Of a stretch of 64,000 nt of DNA, positions 30,220 to 41,607 are shown in pieces. The translations under genes and the position numbers were made by a program. The notes under the pieces were generated by a model, which had not been told where the DNA came from, did not search any database, and worked only from the letters and a program-made list of their open reading frames with translations. Location of the stretch: the NCBI GenBank assembly GCA_918797485.1, contig CAKKNE010000001.1:5952001-6016000 (forward strand), written 5' to 3'. This DNA comes from Pelagomonas calceolata (Eukaryota). The number at the start of each line of letters is the position of its first letter. Position 1 is the stretch's first letter.

Positions 30220-31643
30220 TGGCAGTCACAGCCTGGCAGCTCGCGCGGTTCAAGCTCCCGACGGCTCTGGAACAGCGCCTCTGTACGCCGAGTTTAGTGA
30301 TCTACGCGGACGTCTTGCGCCAAAACGTCGAGCGAGTGATCAAGGCCTGCGGCGGCGCGCAACGATGGTGCATGAGCAGCGTTCGATGGCGCACTCGCAT
30401 CGTTCGGAAGCAACAGATTGGTGGCCCACGCAGGCAGCCGCACATCAAGACCGTCAAGTCGAAACAGATAATAGAGGAGCTCATCAGCAGCGGCGTCAAG
30501 CAGTTCAAGTGCGCGACGTCCCGTGAAGCCGAGCTCCTGGGGCAGACGCTGCGCGGCCGCGGCGACGGACCCTTCGAAGTGGTCGTGAGTTATCCGCACA
30601 CGGGCCCGACGCTCGCGCGCATCGCGGCGGCGGCGCGCGCATGCCGCTACGGCAACGCGAGCGACGGCGACGCGGAGGAGGACATAGTCTCGTGGGCCGT
30701 CATCGTCGAGGACGTCGCCGGGGCCCGCGAGGTCGTCGAGGCCGGCCGGACGTTGAATCCTCTGCTCAACAAGGGCGGCCTCGGGAGCTTCGACGAGGAC
30801 CGGCCCGTGGCCCTCGACGTGTACCTCGACATCAACCCCGGCATGAATCGCACTGGATGCCCGCTCGATCGTGCGCTGGCGACCGCTAGATCAATCCGCG
30901 AGGCCGTCGGCGAGCGCTTCAGCGGGCTGCACATGTACGACGGCCACGCCGGTGGTCTCCTCAAGGAGCATCGGGGCGATCGGTCAAAGCTCGACGCGGC
31001 GCTGTTTCCGCTCTACGACCGGCTGCTGGAGATCGACAGCGCCCTCGGCGCGACCTGCACGCTCATCACGGCCGGGACGCCGGCGTTACTCTCGAGCATC
31101 GCGCACGCGGGCCTCGCGGCGACAGGCCGCCACCGCGTCTCGGCCGGCACCATTGTGCTCGGAGACCTGCGTTCGTTCGACGAGTGCCCCGTGGGTTTGG
31201 AACCGGCCGCGGTCGTCGTGAGCCGCTGCGTGTCGAACCCCACGGAGGGCGTCTACACTCTGGACGCGGGTGTGAAGGCTCTGGCCGCGGACGCGGGCGA
31301 CCCGCTCTGTCAGATTATTGGGAAGACGGACTACACCCTGCGCAAGGCGTCGGAGGAACATTTGCCCGTGGAGTGCGCCTCGATCACCAAGGGCGACGTG
31401 CTGTATCTCGTGCCGAAGCACATTTGTCCGACGGTGAACCTCGCGGAGACGGCGCTCTGGATCGAGGGCGACGGGGAACAGGTGGAGCGCAGACGCGTCA
31501 ACGTCCACGCGCGCGCGCACCCGCTCCTGGCCAACGACCGGCCCATCGACGTGAAGGCGCTCGACAGCAGCTTGTGCTACGACACCTGGGACTCCTTTCC
31601 CCGTGATGGTACTAGTAGTAGTAGGAAGCGGCGGCGCGGGTAA
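30220..31643 (+). CDS. PLP-dependent fold-III enzyme (D-serine dehydratase/D-threonine aldolase family); probable intron 30368-30433
   Basis: TPSLVI, PHIKT (PLP Lys), KCAT, DINPGMNRTG, GLHMYDGH, LDAGVKAL, SEEH, VPKHICPTVNL. Confidence 0.85.
30368..30433 (+). other. Predicted 66-nt GT-AG intron (3n, no stop)
   Basis: TG|GTGCATG...CCCACGCAG|GCAG. Removal gives RWQPHIKT, restoring the family R.xPHxKT spacing. Confidence 0.7.
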
Positions 31644-31680
31644 TTTCTAAACTGACCCGGGAGTGACTGAACGATCGAGA

Positions 31681-32463
31681 TTAACTTACGGGCGCGCGCG
31701 CGCGGAACGTCTGCCGCGCGAAGTCGCGCGCGTCGCCGCCCGACGGCTTGGCGACCTCCACATAATCCGAGGGCCGGCGCCACGTCGAGTGGTTTCCGTC
31801 CGTATAGTAGGCGACGCCAGACGTGGGGTCCTTTTCCTGGTACCACTTCGACGGCGGCTCCCACTGGCTTTCGTCGGATTGCGCGTTCCAGTAGTAGGCC
31901 TGGCCGTTCGCATCTCGTAATTCGAACCAGCCGCCGGGGCGCGTCGACGGCGGCTTCCTTGCTGTTTGGGGTTTCTTCTGCGGCGCGCCAGCGGGCGGCG
32001 CGGGCTGCTTGTTCGAAGCATCGCCAAAAGGCTTCCGCCGGAAGTTCTTCATGAACTCCGACGCGGCTCTCTTCAAGATAGGCGACTCCCTTCGTTTCAC
32101 CGGTGAGGGCGCCTTCGTGAAGGGCTCCGTCGTCGTCGCGTCGATACTACGGCTCCAATTCGACGCCGGCTTCGCCGCGTGCGCCGCGACGCGCACGCGA
32201 AAGCAGTACCTCGTGCCCCTTTCTAAATTCTTCTTCTTGCACCGCGGGAACATGACGTTCGCGCTCTCCCACTGGATCTGGTGGTACAATTTCCATTGCA
32301 CGTCGAAGCCCTTCGGCGGGTGGTCCTCGGCCGAGCACCATTCTAATTCAACGCTGTCGTCATTCACGTCCGTGACCCGCAACCCAACGGGCGCCGGCGG
32401 CATGCGCAGCTGCTCGCGCATCTGCGCCGCGCGTCTTTTTGCCGCCATGCCTGCGTGCGACAT
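31681..32463 (-). CDS. Fibronectin type III + WW domain protein
   Basis: PVGLRVTDV...VELEW...YCFRVRV; GWFELRDANGQAYYWN....SQWEPP and a second WW. Confidence 0.85.
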   Translation of the reverse strand: MSHAGMAAKRRAAQMREQLRMPPAPVGLRVTDVNDDSVELEWCSAEDHPPKGFDVQWKLYHQIQWESANVMFPRCKKKNLERGTRYCFRVRVAAHAAKPASNWSRSIDATTTEPFTKAPSPVKRRESPILKRAASEFMKNFRRKPFGDASNKQPAPPAGAPQKKPQTARKPPSTRPGGWFELRDANGQAYYWNAQSDESQWEPPSKWYQEKDPTSGVAYYTDGNHSTWRRPSDYVEVAKPSGGDARDFARQTFRARAPVS

Positions 32464-32518
32464 CAAGTCATTGTGAGATGGCCACGAGTCACATCGACAA
32501 AGTGAAGGCCCCGCAACC

Positions 32519-33451
32519 TCAAAACGCGGCGAGCGCGCCGGCCATCAGGTCGTCGAACATCGAGGCATGTTTTTTCGCCTTGGCCTGCTCGTCGCGCTTC
32601 CGCTGTTCTTCCGCCATGCGTTCCTGCCGTTCCCGTTCCTCGCGCTCCTTCTGCTCGCGCTTCTTGCGCTCGCGTTCGGCGGCCAAGCGCGCGCCCCGTC
32701 TTATGGCTTCGTCGCGTTCCCGTTGGCGTTCCGCCGCCGAGGGCCTCCTACAATGACCTCGAGCTCTCGCCTCCGCCTGTCGCCGCTCCCGCTGCCTCTG
32801 CAATTCCCGCTGCCTCTCCCGGAGCTTGCGCGCGCGTTCAACCGCCGCGGCTCGCTCGCGCGCGCGTTGCAGCTCCGCCCGTCGGGCCTCGGCCCTCCTT
32901 ATCTCCTCATATCGCTCCGACGCCGTCGGGCCTCTTTGGTAGCGCGGCTTCGGCCGCGCACCGTAGCCGCAGCCCCACGCCGGATTCCCGCCGTACTGGT
33001 AGGCCCGGCCCCGCGTCTTCCGCTCAAAATCGCGCATCGTCGCGTATTCCCGGCGACGACTATTTCTTTCGCGTTCCGCGGACTCATACGCTCTTTTTGC
33101 CTTGATCTTGCCCGTGTGATCTTGCAGCGCGTCGTAGGCTGTCTTGACGGCTTGAAACAGGGGCGTCGTCTTGGGATTCTTGTCCGGGTGGAGCTTGAGA
33201 GCTAGTTTTCTATAAGCCTTCTTGATCTGCGCGTCCGTCGCGTCCGTGGTTAACCCCAGCGCGCCGTACGGGTTCTGCGCGACGGCCGCGAGGCACTTCT
33301 TGAGCAGCGCGCCGCCGTCGAAGGTGCCGCCCTCATCACACAACAAGGCGTAGGCGGCCTCGCGCGGCGCCGAGGCCTGGTCGCCCTTCTTGAAGAGGAG
33401 GTCCGCGCGCCGCAAGGCCGCCGCGGAGACGGGCAATGAAGGGGCGGCCAT
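32519..33451 (-). CDS. J-domain protein with coiled-coil C-terminus
   Basis: NPYGALGL...IKKAYRKLALKLHPDKNP. Confidence 0.88.
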   Translation of the reverse strand: MAAPSLPVSAAALRRADLLFKKGDQASAPREAAYALLCDEGGTFDGGALLKKCLAAVAQNPYGALGLTTDATDAQIKKAYRKLALKLHPDKNPKTTPLFQAVKTAYDALQDHTGKIKAKRAYESAERERNSRRREYATMRDFERKTRGRAYQYGGNPAWGCGYGARPKPRYQRGPTASERYEEIRRAEARRAELQRARERAAAVERARKLRERQRELQRQRERRQAEARARGHCRRPSAAERQRERDEAIRRGARLAAERERKKREQKEREERERQERMAEEQRKRDEQAKAKKHASMFDDLMAGALAAF

Positions 33452-33945
33452 GATGCTGCCGCTTCACGGCGCTTTGGTCGCGCTCCACTGCGGGTGCCCT
33501 CTGGCAGCGCTGCGCGTCGGTTCGGGCTGCCTCTACTGTGGCAAGCGGTCTAATTTGGCATGCGACACAAAGCGAGGTTTGAATAACGTGCGGGCCTCCG
33601 CGGACGCAGGTGCGTCGACGAGCTCGTGCAGAACGTAGCGTCGGCCATGCTCCCCGGCGCCGCGGCCATGTGCTTCAACGTCTACGTGGCCGCGCCGGCG
33701 CCGCCCTGAGCCGCGATCCGCGCCCACCCCCGCGTGAGTACATGTGTGGCAGAGTCCCAACGCCTCCCCAACGCCGCCGACGCGATAGAATAGTACATAC
33801 TTAGCACCGCCGCAGCCGCCAATATGATCTCAGATACTTGAATGAAAGTTACTTCCAAAAGAGAGGGGTATGTACATATACCTATGTACACGACAGGGGC
33901 TCAGCTTCGCCGGCACCGGCGGCTATGTGCATGGGTGGTGGTCTC

Positions 33946-35094
33946 TCAATTGTCCTCGGCCTGCGCGAGCTGTGCCTCGAGGGCCTCGCGGCAGACGAGC
34001 GCGTGCTCGTCGGCGACGCAGCCGACGACGGCCTCGCTCCAGTCCCTTACCAAGGTATCCCGGATGGTGATGATTTTGGAGGCGACGGCGGCCGGGTCGA
34101 CGTCGTTCCCGACGCTATCGCCCCGGATGTCGTCCAAGAACCGGTCCGCGGCGCCCGGCGACGAGCTGTGATCCCCCAAAGCGTCCGCGTAGGTCTGCAG
34201 GTCGCAGATCCGCTCCTTGAGCTCGGCGTGGATCGGGTCCGGCAGGTAGTCCGGCTGGTCCCCTTTGGTGACTGGTAGCGGAGGTCGGTCGTCGTCTTCC
34301 GTTTTGGGGGCGAGCTTTCGCGACAGATACCTCGCTTCCGGTTGCGACAACTCCGAGAGCGCCTGGATGGCCGCCGACCGCGTCGCGAGGCGGGCACACA
34401 AGTCCTGGTTGCCGCTTCGTAAGGGCGAGCAGTCCTCGTCCATGCCCGGCGCATTTATTTTGGAAGTACCATCGATGGCGCTTTCCAACGCCGCGTTCGG
34501 ACTTAATAACGACCTCAGGTCCCAGGCCCACTCGCGCGCCAGCTGCTCGCGCGTCCGCATGAGGCTTTGCGCGACCTTCGCGGGAACGATCGTCTCGTCG
34601 TACTCAATGTACTTCTTGGACCTTTCCAAAAACGGGTTGTTCCGCCTCGATTGCGCCGCGGGGTTGCTCCACATGCCCATGGCTGCTGATGTGGTCTCCG
34701 CGAAGCCCTCGGGCGCGCCCGCGGTGTCGGGCCGCGGCGCGCCCTCGGGCGTGCCTACCAAGTACCTCACTTTGTATTCTACGGGCTCGGCCGTCATCAT
34801 GTCCCTCAAGTAGTCGATGGGCGCCTCGTCATCTTCTTGACAGTACGCGTCCAAGCCGTGATAGCGCGGCTGGACGCTCCGATCCGATATCCGGTCCATC
34901 TCCAGGCTCACGACGGGCTCGCGGTACCGCGCGAGCCACTTGGCCTTGGGCTCGTCGTGAAAGTTCGTCAGGTAATAAACGTTCGTCTGCACACTTCGTT
35001 GTGTGAGCAGGTGGAGCAGGCCGGCTCGATTGTCCGCCGGCGTCAAGGCTGCGGCGGCGCCCAGGATGACCAGGAAGGCCAGTTCCCGCGTCAT
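33946..35094 (-). CDS. Probable plastid protein with two RbcX-like segments
   Basis: Signal peptide; LLTQRSVQT..YYL...KWL ... VAQSLMRTREQLAREW and LATRSAAIQALSEL ... VASKIITIRDTLVRDW. Confidence 0.55.
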   Translation of the reverse strand: MTRELAFLVILGAAAALTPADNRAGLLHLLTQRSVQTNVYYLTNFHDEPKAKWLARYREPVVSLEMDRISDRSVQPRYHGLDAYCQEDDEAPIDYLRDMMTAEPVEYKVRYLVGTPEGAPRPDTAGAPEGFAETTSAAMGMWSNPAAQSRRNNPFLERSKKYIEYDETIVPAKVAQSLMRTREQLAREWAWDLRSLLSPNAALESAIDGTSKINAPGMDEDCSPLRSGNQDLCARLATRSAAIQALSELSQPEARYLSRKLAPKTEDDDRPPLPVTKGDQPDYLPDPIHAELKERICDLQTYADALGDHSSSPGAADRFLDDIRGDSVGNDVDPAAVASKIITIRDTLVRDWSEAVVGCVADEHALVCREALEAQLAQAEDN

Positions 35095-35743
35095 CTTGGC
35101 TTTTCGATAGTGTTTGTTCTTCGTGGAAGACGGCAGGCGAAGTTCTCGAAGCCGCGTCTGCGTGTGTCACGGCGGCTCCGCTGCTGTCTGGCTCGGGTTT
35201 CCCGTCGCGGGCCGCGCGGCGGGTCTACCGGCGGCTGCTGCGCCTCAGGTGATGCGCGTCGCGCGCGAGATAGGCACTTGCCTTGGCGGCAACTTTTCAA
35301 ATGTGCCCCCGCGGCGGCGCGTTTTCGCGCGCTCGCTTTGCGCTGGCCTCTCCTGGTGATTTTAGAGCTGCTGCGCGGCTGGCAGGTAACACTGCGCGGT
35401 ATTTGGTAAGTCGCAGTGTCGTTTAGCGCTAATTTTAATCTGGGCGGCTTCTTCCATCATTTTACCCCTTCCGATTGTTTACGTCGTACATGCGTCTCCC
35501 GAGCCTTGTCCTCGCGCTGGGAAGACGGGGGCAAGACGGGTAGGCAAGGCCGACGACGTCTCGGCTTTCTAGAGTCCAAAACTCACTAATCAAAACTAAA
35601 CAAAGGGCAGCCATCGGCAGCGCATCGAACGCGCAGCGGCAGCCCGGAGCCTCGGAAGCGGTCCATCGATCGCTGCGCGGCGGCCGAGGCGGCAGCGGCC
35701 GCGGTGGAGGCTGCCTCTCGAGGCTGCCCCACAGCGCACAACC

Positions 35744-38700
35744 ATGGGCTCCAATGACGAGCACAAGCACCACAAACATAAACATAAACATAAACATAAA
35801 CACAAGCACAAGCACAAGAAGGACAAGGAACCCAAAGCCGACAAGGAGCCGGAAGCGCCCACTCAAAGCGAGGACCCCCTCGCCGCGCTCGACGGCGGCA
35901 TGCTCGACGCGCTCGGCGCGAACCTCATCCAGAAGAACGAGGACCAGAAGGATCCCGATGAAGAGAAGAGGAAGGAGGAGGAACGCATCAAGAATAAAAA
36001 TTTGGACAAGTTTGCCATAACCAATTTAACCAATAAACTGAGCAAGAACCTGGCCACGAAATTCAAGTTGGCGCATAAAAATGTGGACGAAGACGGGAAG
36101 AGAGTCGACTTGTTGGTCGTAGACCAGGTCACGTCCACTTCTTGCAGATTAAGGTGGACGCGGCCGAAGACAACATATAAGCTCCATGGCGCGCGCATCA
36201 TGATGCGCGAGAAGGAGGTCAAGCCGGGCGTCGAGGGCATCTTCCGAGCCGTCGTGGACCACACGCACGATGCGGAAGGTCGAGTACGCACGGTGGTCGG
36301 TCTGAGGCCGGACACGGAGTACCAGTTCCAGGTCGCGTCGATCCACGATCTCCCGCAGAAGATCCCGAAGGACTACCCGCGCGACGGCCCGGAGTTGCCG
36401 CCGCGACCGATGATCGTCGACGGGACGAAGTGCACGTCGTCCATCATCCGGACGGCTCGCGCCAATTACATAAAAGCCTTCTTCTTCGAGGACCCGGAGG
36501 ACGCGCGGCGGGCCTGGAGCGTGTTCTTTGGCATCTATGACGATAAGAACAGCACTGGAAGGGATTTGAACGCGGTTGGTAGTGGTGATCAGTTCGTACT
36601 CGCGCAACAACTCACGATAGGCCAGACGGACCCCTGGGAGCTCTGGGAGGAGGGCGCGGTCGAGGGCGACAAGCCGCGGCCGCCGTGCATGACGGGGCGC
36701 CAGTGCATGCAGTTGCATCTTCCTGGCGGGTTGCACGGCGGGTGCTTCGCCGAGATCGAGGCGCGCGAATCGCGAAGGTATCGGGCGGAGCTGTACGTCT
36801 ACCACGACATGGAGGGCGGCAAGAACGTGGAAGATTTACCTGGGCGATGCGGTTGTCGCCTCATCAGTTTCGATGGGAGGGATCAGTACCGAACGTCGAA
36901 GCGAGCGCGCTCGAACAAAGAATGGGAGCGATTGGCGGTGGAGTTCATCGGCACGCCCGGCGACAAAGCGATCATCGCCGTGCAAGGCGACAAGAGTTTT
37001 GGAGGCGTCGTGTTGATAGACGCGTGTCGGATCTTTTTGTTGGGAAGAGACGAGATCGGCGACACGTGTGCGGAGCTCGAAGCGGCGGTGGAAGAACCTC
37101 GAATCAACAAGAACGGCGTGCTGCGGGTTAGTATTGTGGAGCTCGTCAACATCCCGCGCTTGGCGGGAGAACCGCCGCCCGCGCGGACCAGTGTCTCATT
37201 TCTCGGCGATGCCGCTGCCGTGCTGGCTCCATCGAGCGGTATTGAGCAGGCGTCGCGGCGATGGCGTGGAGGTCGACGCGACGCCAGAACAGCCACGTTC
37301 TCACTGATCGATCCGCGCCCAGGTCCTACCGGAAGAGGTCTACCTCGACCCCGACGAGGAGGACGACCTCATGGCCGACGACGTCCGCGACGAGGACTAC
37401 TACGCGGCCCGCGCCGTGCCTAGAGACCCGAAGAAAAAGAAAAAAAAGAAAAAGGACAAAAAGGAGCGCCCGACCAAACCGAGGCTGGTCCTCCACTGGG
37501 GCCGGGAGAAACTCGTGGAAACGGACGTGTTCATCAGCCATGCGGACCTCTACGCCAAGGCCCTGACGAAAGGTACGGCAGGCTTAACACCACAGGCTCT
37601 TACAGTAGATCAAGCCCGACCGAAGCTCAAGGAGAACGACCAGACCTTCCACACTTTGAGTTTGAGAAAGGAGAAGAAGGTCGGCATGTTCAAGAAGGAG
37701 GTCCAGCTCGTTGATAAGGTCCTCGAGATCGAGCTCCAAGATACCGCTACCAGAGATGTCGCCGCGAAGGCTAAAAGACGAAAGGTCGACATCGGGCCCC
37801 AGGAACCGCGAGGTCGCATCGCGCGCTTAGCCGAAGAAGAGCGTTTGAGAGCCCTGCAGGCGCGGCGACCGACGCTACTGCAGCGGTTGACCGGTAGTAC
37901 CGAAAAGGAAGGTCCCAGCCTAGAAACGCTCAAAGTCATCGACCCCGAGCAGTACGAACGCGTGAAGGCGGAACAGGACTTTCACGCGCGCATGGAGCAG
38001 GACGCGCAAGACTTGGAAGAGAGGTTAGAACGCGAAACTTTGAATTGGTGGAAGAAGGAGAAACAGTTAGTGGACTTGCGGGCGCAAGCGGTAAGTGGCG
38101 TGAAGCCCCAAACGAAAGACGAGAAGTACGGCGAGAACATGGAGCGGCAGAAGTCGCGCGCGTCTCGCGGGTCCAAGGACGAGAAGCCTACTCAAGAAAT
38201 TGTGGAGAAGCCCGAGGAGGACGAGCTCGACGCGTCGCAGGTGCAGGAATTGGCCCAATTGGTCAAGGATTCCGATGAAGAAGATGAGGAGTCTGTGGAC
38301 CCCCTCGACGACTTCGGGGGCGCGCCGCTCGGTCGACTGCGCCTGACGACGGAAGATTTGTTGAGATGTAGTCCGTATCGGACCTGGTACCGTTTAGAAG
38401 ATGAAACTGGATTAACTCAAATGTGCATCGGACTTATGATAAGGTACTGGGACCCCTACGCGAGAGTACCGAAGTATACCTGTATCCAAGAAGAGTACGC
38501 GCCCAAGGAATCGGTGAGTGAGAAACAGAAGGAGCGAGAGATGCTCGGGAACACGTCGTTTGATGATGAGGCGGCTCTGCGCAAGGCCAATGAAGTGAAA
38601 AGTAGTGTCGGTGCGGTCATGGCGAAGATGGCGACGCGGCCCTTACCGCCGAAACAGCGCGTCAATCAGTTAGGCAAGTTGTTGTACATGCTCGGGTGTT

Positions 38701-41006
38701 CGAGCAACGCTACCGTGACGAGAGCTGGCTTCTCCTGGCCGGACCTGAAAGATATCGAGGCTGCCGAGAAAGCTAGGATCGCACGGGAGAAAATTCGAAG
38801 GGAGTCCGAGGATTATGTGTCTTCCGAGGAAGAGCAAGAAGAGTCGGACGATGATGTGGATGAGGAGGCGAAGGCCGCGGAGGCGGCTCGGTTGTTGCGG
38901 GAGGCCGAAGCTCGAGCGGCCAAGGAACGGGCGCAAAAGGCCGATCGCACGGACCCCATCGAAGCGCAAATTCGCATTGAGACCATTGAGTTAATTAAGA
39001 GGAAAGCGGAGATGGTGCGCATGGGCGTTTTGGAAGAATGCGTGGCGTCGTTGGCGTATACTCGTACTCGCGCGACGGCGGCGGCTCTGATTTGTGCCGT
39101 CGTCACCTTGCCTAGAGACGTCGTCGCTCGTTCGGCAGACATGCAAAAAGTCGTGGCCAAATTGCAAAAGGCCGTCAGGAGCATGGGCGTGCTCGACTTT
39201 TGTGAAGAAGCCACCGATAGCTATACGATGCGCGTGCAGGGTGCTGGTGGATCTGGGAAGGACTGCGACGAGGACGCGGCGCAAGATCCCAGTCGTGCGA
39301 CGCAGCCTCTGGGTAATGTGGCGCGCGCGGTGGTGCACGCGATGTCGTCGACCGGTCGCGTCGCGCCGCAGCCTTGTCCTGATATCGTGCTGGCGGGTTG
39401 CTTGGTGGCCGTGGTCTTCGGCGGGGCGAAGCGAGCTCTGCTCCAGGCTTTTTCCGAAAGGCCCAATCTCTTCCCTTGTTTAGCCTACGCGGTCAAGGAA
39501 GGTATACCGATAGCGAAGCGCTGTCTGCGCGACTTAAATCTGCACCACCACTTCCCGAAGCAGGTCGTCGACGTGTATTTGAGGTATAGGCCGCTGGTAC
39601 CGCTCATCTCGAAGCCTGGTGATGATGTATTAGCTATTCCACCCCGACGGGAGTACTGGCGCTGCCCGTCGCTCGAAGAACTAGATGAGGACGAACGGGA
39701 CAACCGCATGAAGAAGGAGTGTAGATGGGCGCGGCGGCGAGCTCGGGCCGCCGAGAAACATAGGTCAATTGTGGGCGCATACCCTCGAAGAGTTAGAGTT
39801 GCCAAGCTCAACCGCGCACCGAGAGATGGCGAGCCCTACAAGCCCATGAAGTCGTCGCCCATGTACGAGAAATTAGTAAGGGACTCGACACCCAGTGGGG
39901 GGTTAGCTTTTCACACCGAAGATAGTAGACGACCGGACATCGAGTTCGTGCCGGTCGCCTACGACAAGCTACCCGACGGGTGTCTGGAGGAACTGGACAA
40001 GCAGATGAAGCTCATTGCGAAGGGCGATCGAAGGAAGAGCCTGACGGGCGGCCAGCAAAGACAGCGGAGGAGGCCGATGAACCGCCACGACCGCGCCAAG
40101 GCCATGGAGCTGCGCGAGAAGATGTTACGAGACGGCAAGAACACGCGCGCCGAGCAGGACGACTTGGACGACCGCTTCGAGCGCGCCTTTCGGAGAGCTT
40201 CCTTCGACGATGAAAGTGATGCTTCCGACGGCTCCGACGACTCGCTGTCGAGTGACGCGTCGGCGGAGACGCGGCGCAAGCACAAGCTCGCCAAGGAGCG
40301 GCGGCTGCGGGGCGAGGCGGGCAACGCGGCCGAGGGGTCGACGGCGGCTTTTGCGTTAGGTAAAAGCTGGGCGCGGCGGTTTTCTTCTAGAAAATCGCAG
40401 GACGAGAAGGCCCGGAGCGGCGCCGCCGCCACGGCGGCGGACTCGGTCAACGTTTTTGCGGTGAAGCGCCTCGAGGCGTCGGCTCCGGCTCCGGCTCCTG
40501 CGCCCGCGCCGGCGCCGGGCGCATCCGTCGAGGAGGGCGAGGCGGCGCCCTCGCCAGTATCCAAGGGCACGACGAAGGGCATGTTCTCGGCCCTGTCCAT
40601 GAAGGGCAAGTGGCGGGGCATGGCCCTGAGCGCTCCGTTACCGGAGCCCGGCGGCGAGAAGCGAGGAGGCCTCCTGAAGCGACTGGGACGGCGCCTGACG
40701 CGGGGCTCGAAGGAGGATGCCGATGATGAAGCGCCGGTGATGATGGAAATCGTGGCCGGCGAGGTCTACGACGACTGCCTGCCGGCGTGCCGCGGCCTCG
40801 ACGGGCGGCTCCACGTGCGGGGCCACCACGCGCTCTGCCCGCACTACCAGGAAAACTTCCCTCCGCCGGCGGCCGCGCCGGCACCCGCGCCCACGCCAGA
40901 AATCCCGAAGCGGAAGCAGATCGTCTTCGCTGATGATTTGACAAGCGACGAGGAGGACGCTTCCCCGGCGAAGGGCGGGGACCTCTGGAAGGAGTCGATG
41001 TTCTAA
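35744..41006 (+). CDS. Large protein: (HK)n N-terminus, FN3 domain, beta-rich and helical regions; two ORFs joined by an introner intron ending at 37322
   Basis: FN3 (CRLRW...GLRPDTEYQFQV). AG at 37321-37322 is followed by VLPEEVYLD, in frame with ORF 37371-41006. Confidence 0.7.
35762..35818 (+). repeat. Coding His-Lys dipeptide repeat
   Basis: CAY-AAR repeats encoding HKHHKHKHKHKHKHKHKHK. Confidence 0.85.
37179..37322 (+). mobile_element. Degenerate introner, opposite orientation relative to transcription
   Basis: TCATTTCTCGGCGATG and GAGCAGGCGTCGCGGCGATGGCGTGGAGGTCGACGCGACG match the reverse complement of the 57673 copy. TSD not recognisable. In-frame donor candidates at 37163, 37181 or 37193. 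Confidence 0.75.
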
Positions 41007-41063
41007 GTTCTTTTTGTGTGTTACACTTTTACTCGGGGTGGGGGTGGGTGGGGAGGAATGCAT

Positions 41064-41405
41064 CTACGCGATGAGCACGGAGACCAGCGCGGCGACGGCC
41101 GCGGCGACCGAGATTCGGCGCGCCGGCGCGGCGTCCGTGTTGCAGATGCTGACGCCGCATGACGTCGACTCGCACTTGGTTCCGTAGAACGCCCAGTCCA
41201 GGTCAAACGGCCCACAGAAGAAGCAACTGAGGCGGCGGCCTCCTCCGTCATCGTTCCAGGGATCGTCGTCATCGTCGTCATCGTAGTCGCTGTACGGGTC
41301 GGTCACGCACCAGCCGAGGTCCTGGTCGAAGGCGGAGGCGTAGTAGAACATGTAGCTTATATCCACGTCGCTGGACACGTTCCAATTGTTGAGCGGCTGG
41401 TTGAA
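41064..41405 (-). pseudogene. 5'-truncated DUF285 (BspA-like repeat) surface-protein fragment
   Basis: FNQPLNNWNVS..MFYYASAFDQDLGWCV...CESTSCGV, paralogous to 61266-63302; hydrophobic C-terminus; no ATG or acceptor upstream. Confidence 0.7.
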
Positions 41406-41483
41406 GAGACAAATTTTCAAAGTCCGCAAAACCCGGAAAAATGGCTGTCCAGCTGTCCTAGCCCGACGGATGGGTCCAGGAGG

Positions 41484-41580
41484 AGCGGGAGCGCCTAGGG
41501 GGGCGCGCGACGTAACTAACCCGAACCCGGCTATAGCGGGAGCGCCTAGGGGGGCGCGTGACGTAACTAACCCGAACCCG
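41484..41580. repeat. Two-unit tandem repeat with 51-bp period
   Basis: AGCGGGAGCGCCTAGGGGGGCGCGYGACGTAACTAACCCGAACCCG at 41484-41529 and 41535-41580 (1 mismatch). Confidence 0.92.
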
Positions 41581-41607
41581 ATCCCAGGTATATGTAAATA
41601 CAGATGC

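Noticed and set aside
33560..33945. Small ORFs or an ncRNA in an AT-richer intergenic stretch
   Set aside because: No recognisable snRNA, tRNA or snoRNA boxes and no convincing start or domain.
41484..41580. CRISPR-like repeat
   Set aside because: Only two units with a 5-bp spacer, no cas genes, eukaryotic context.
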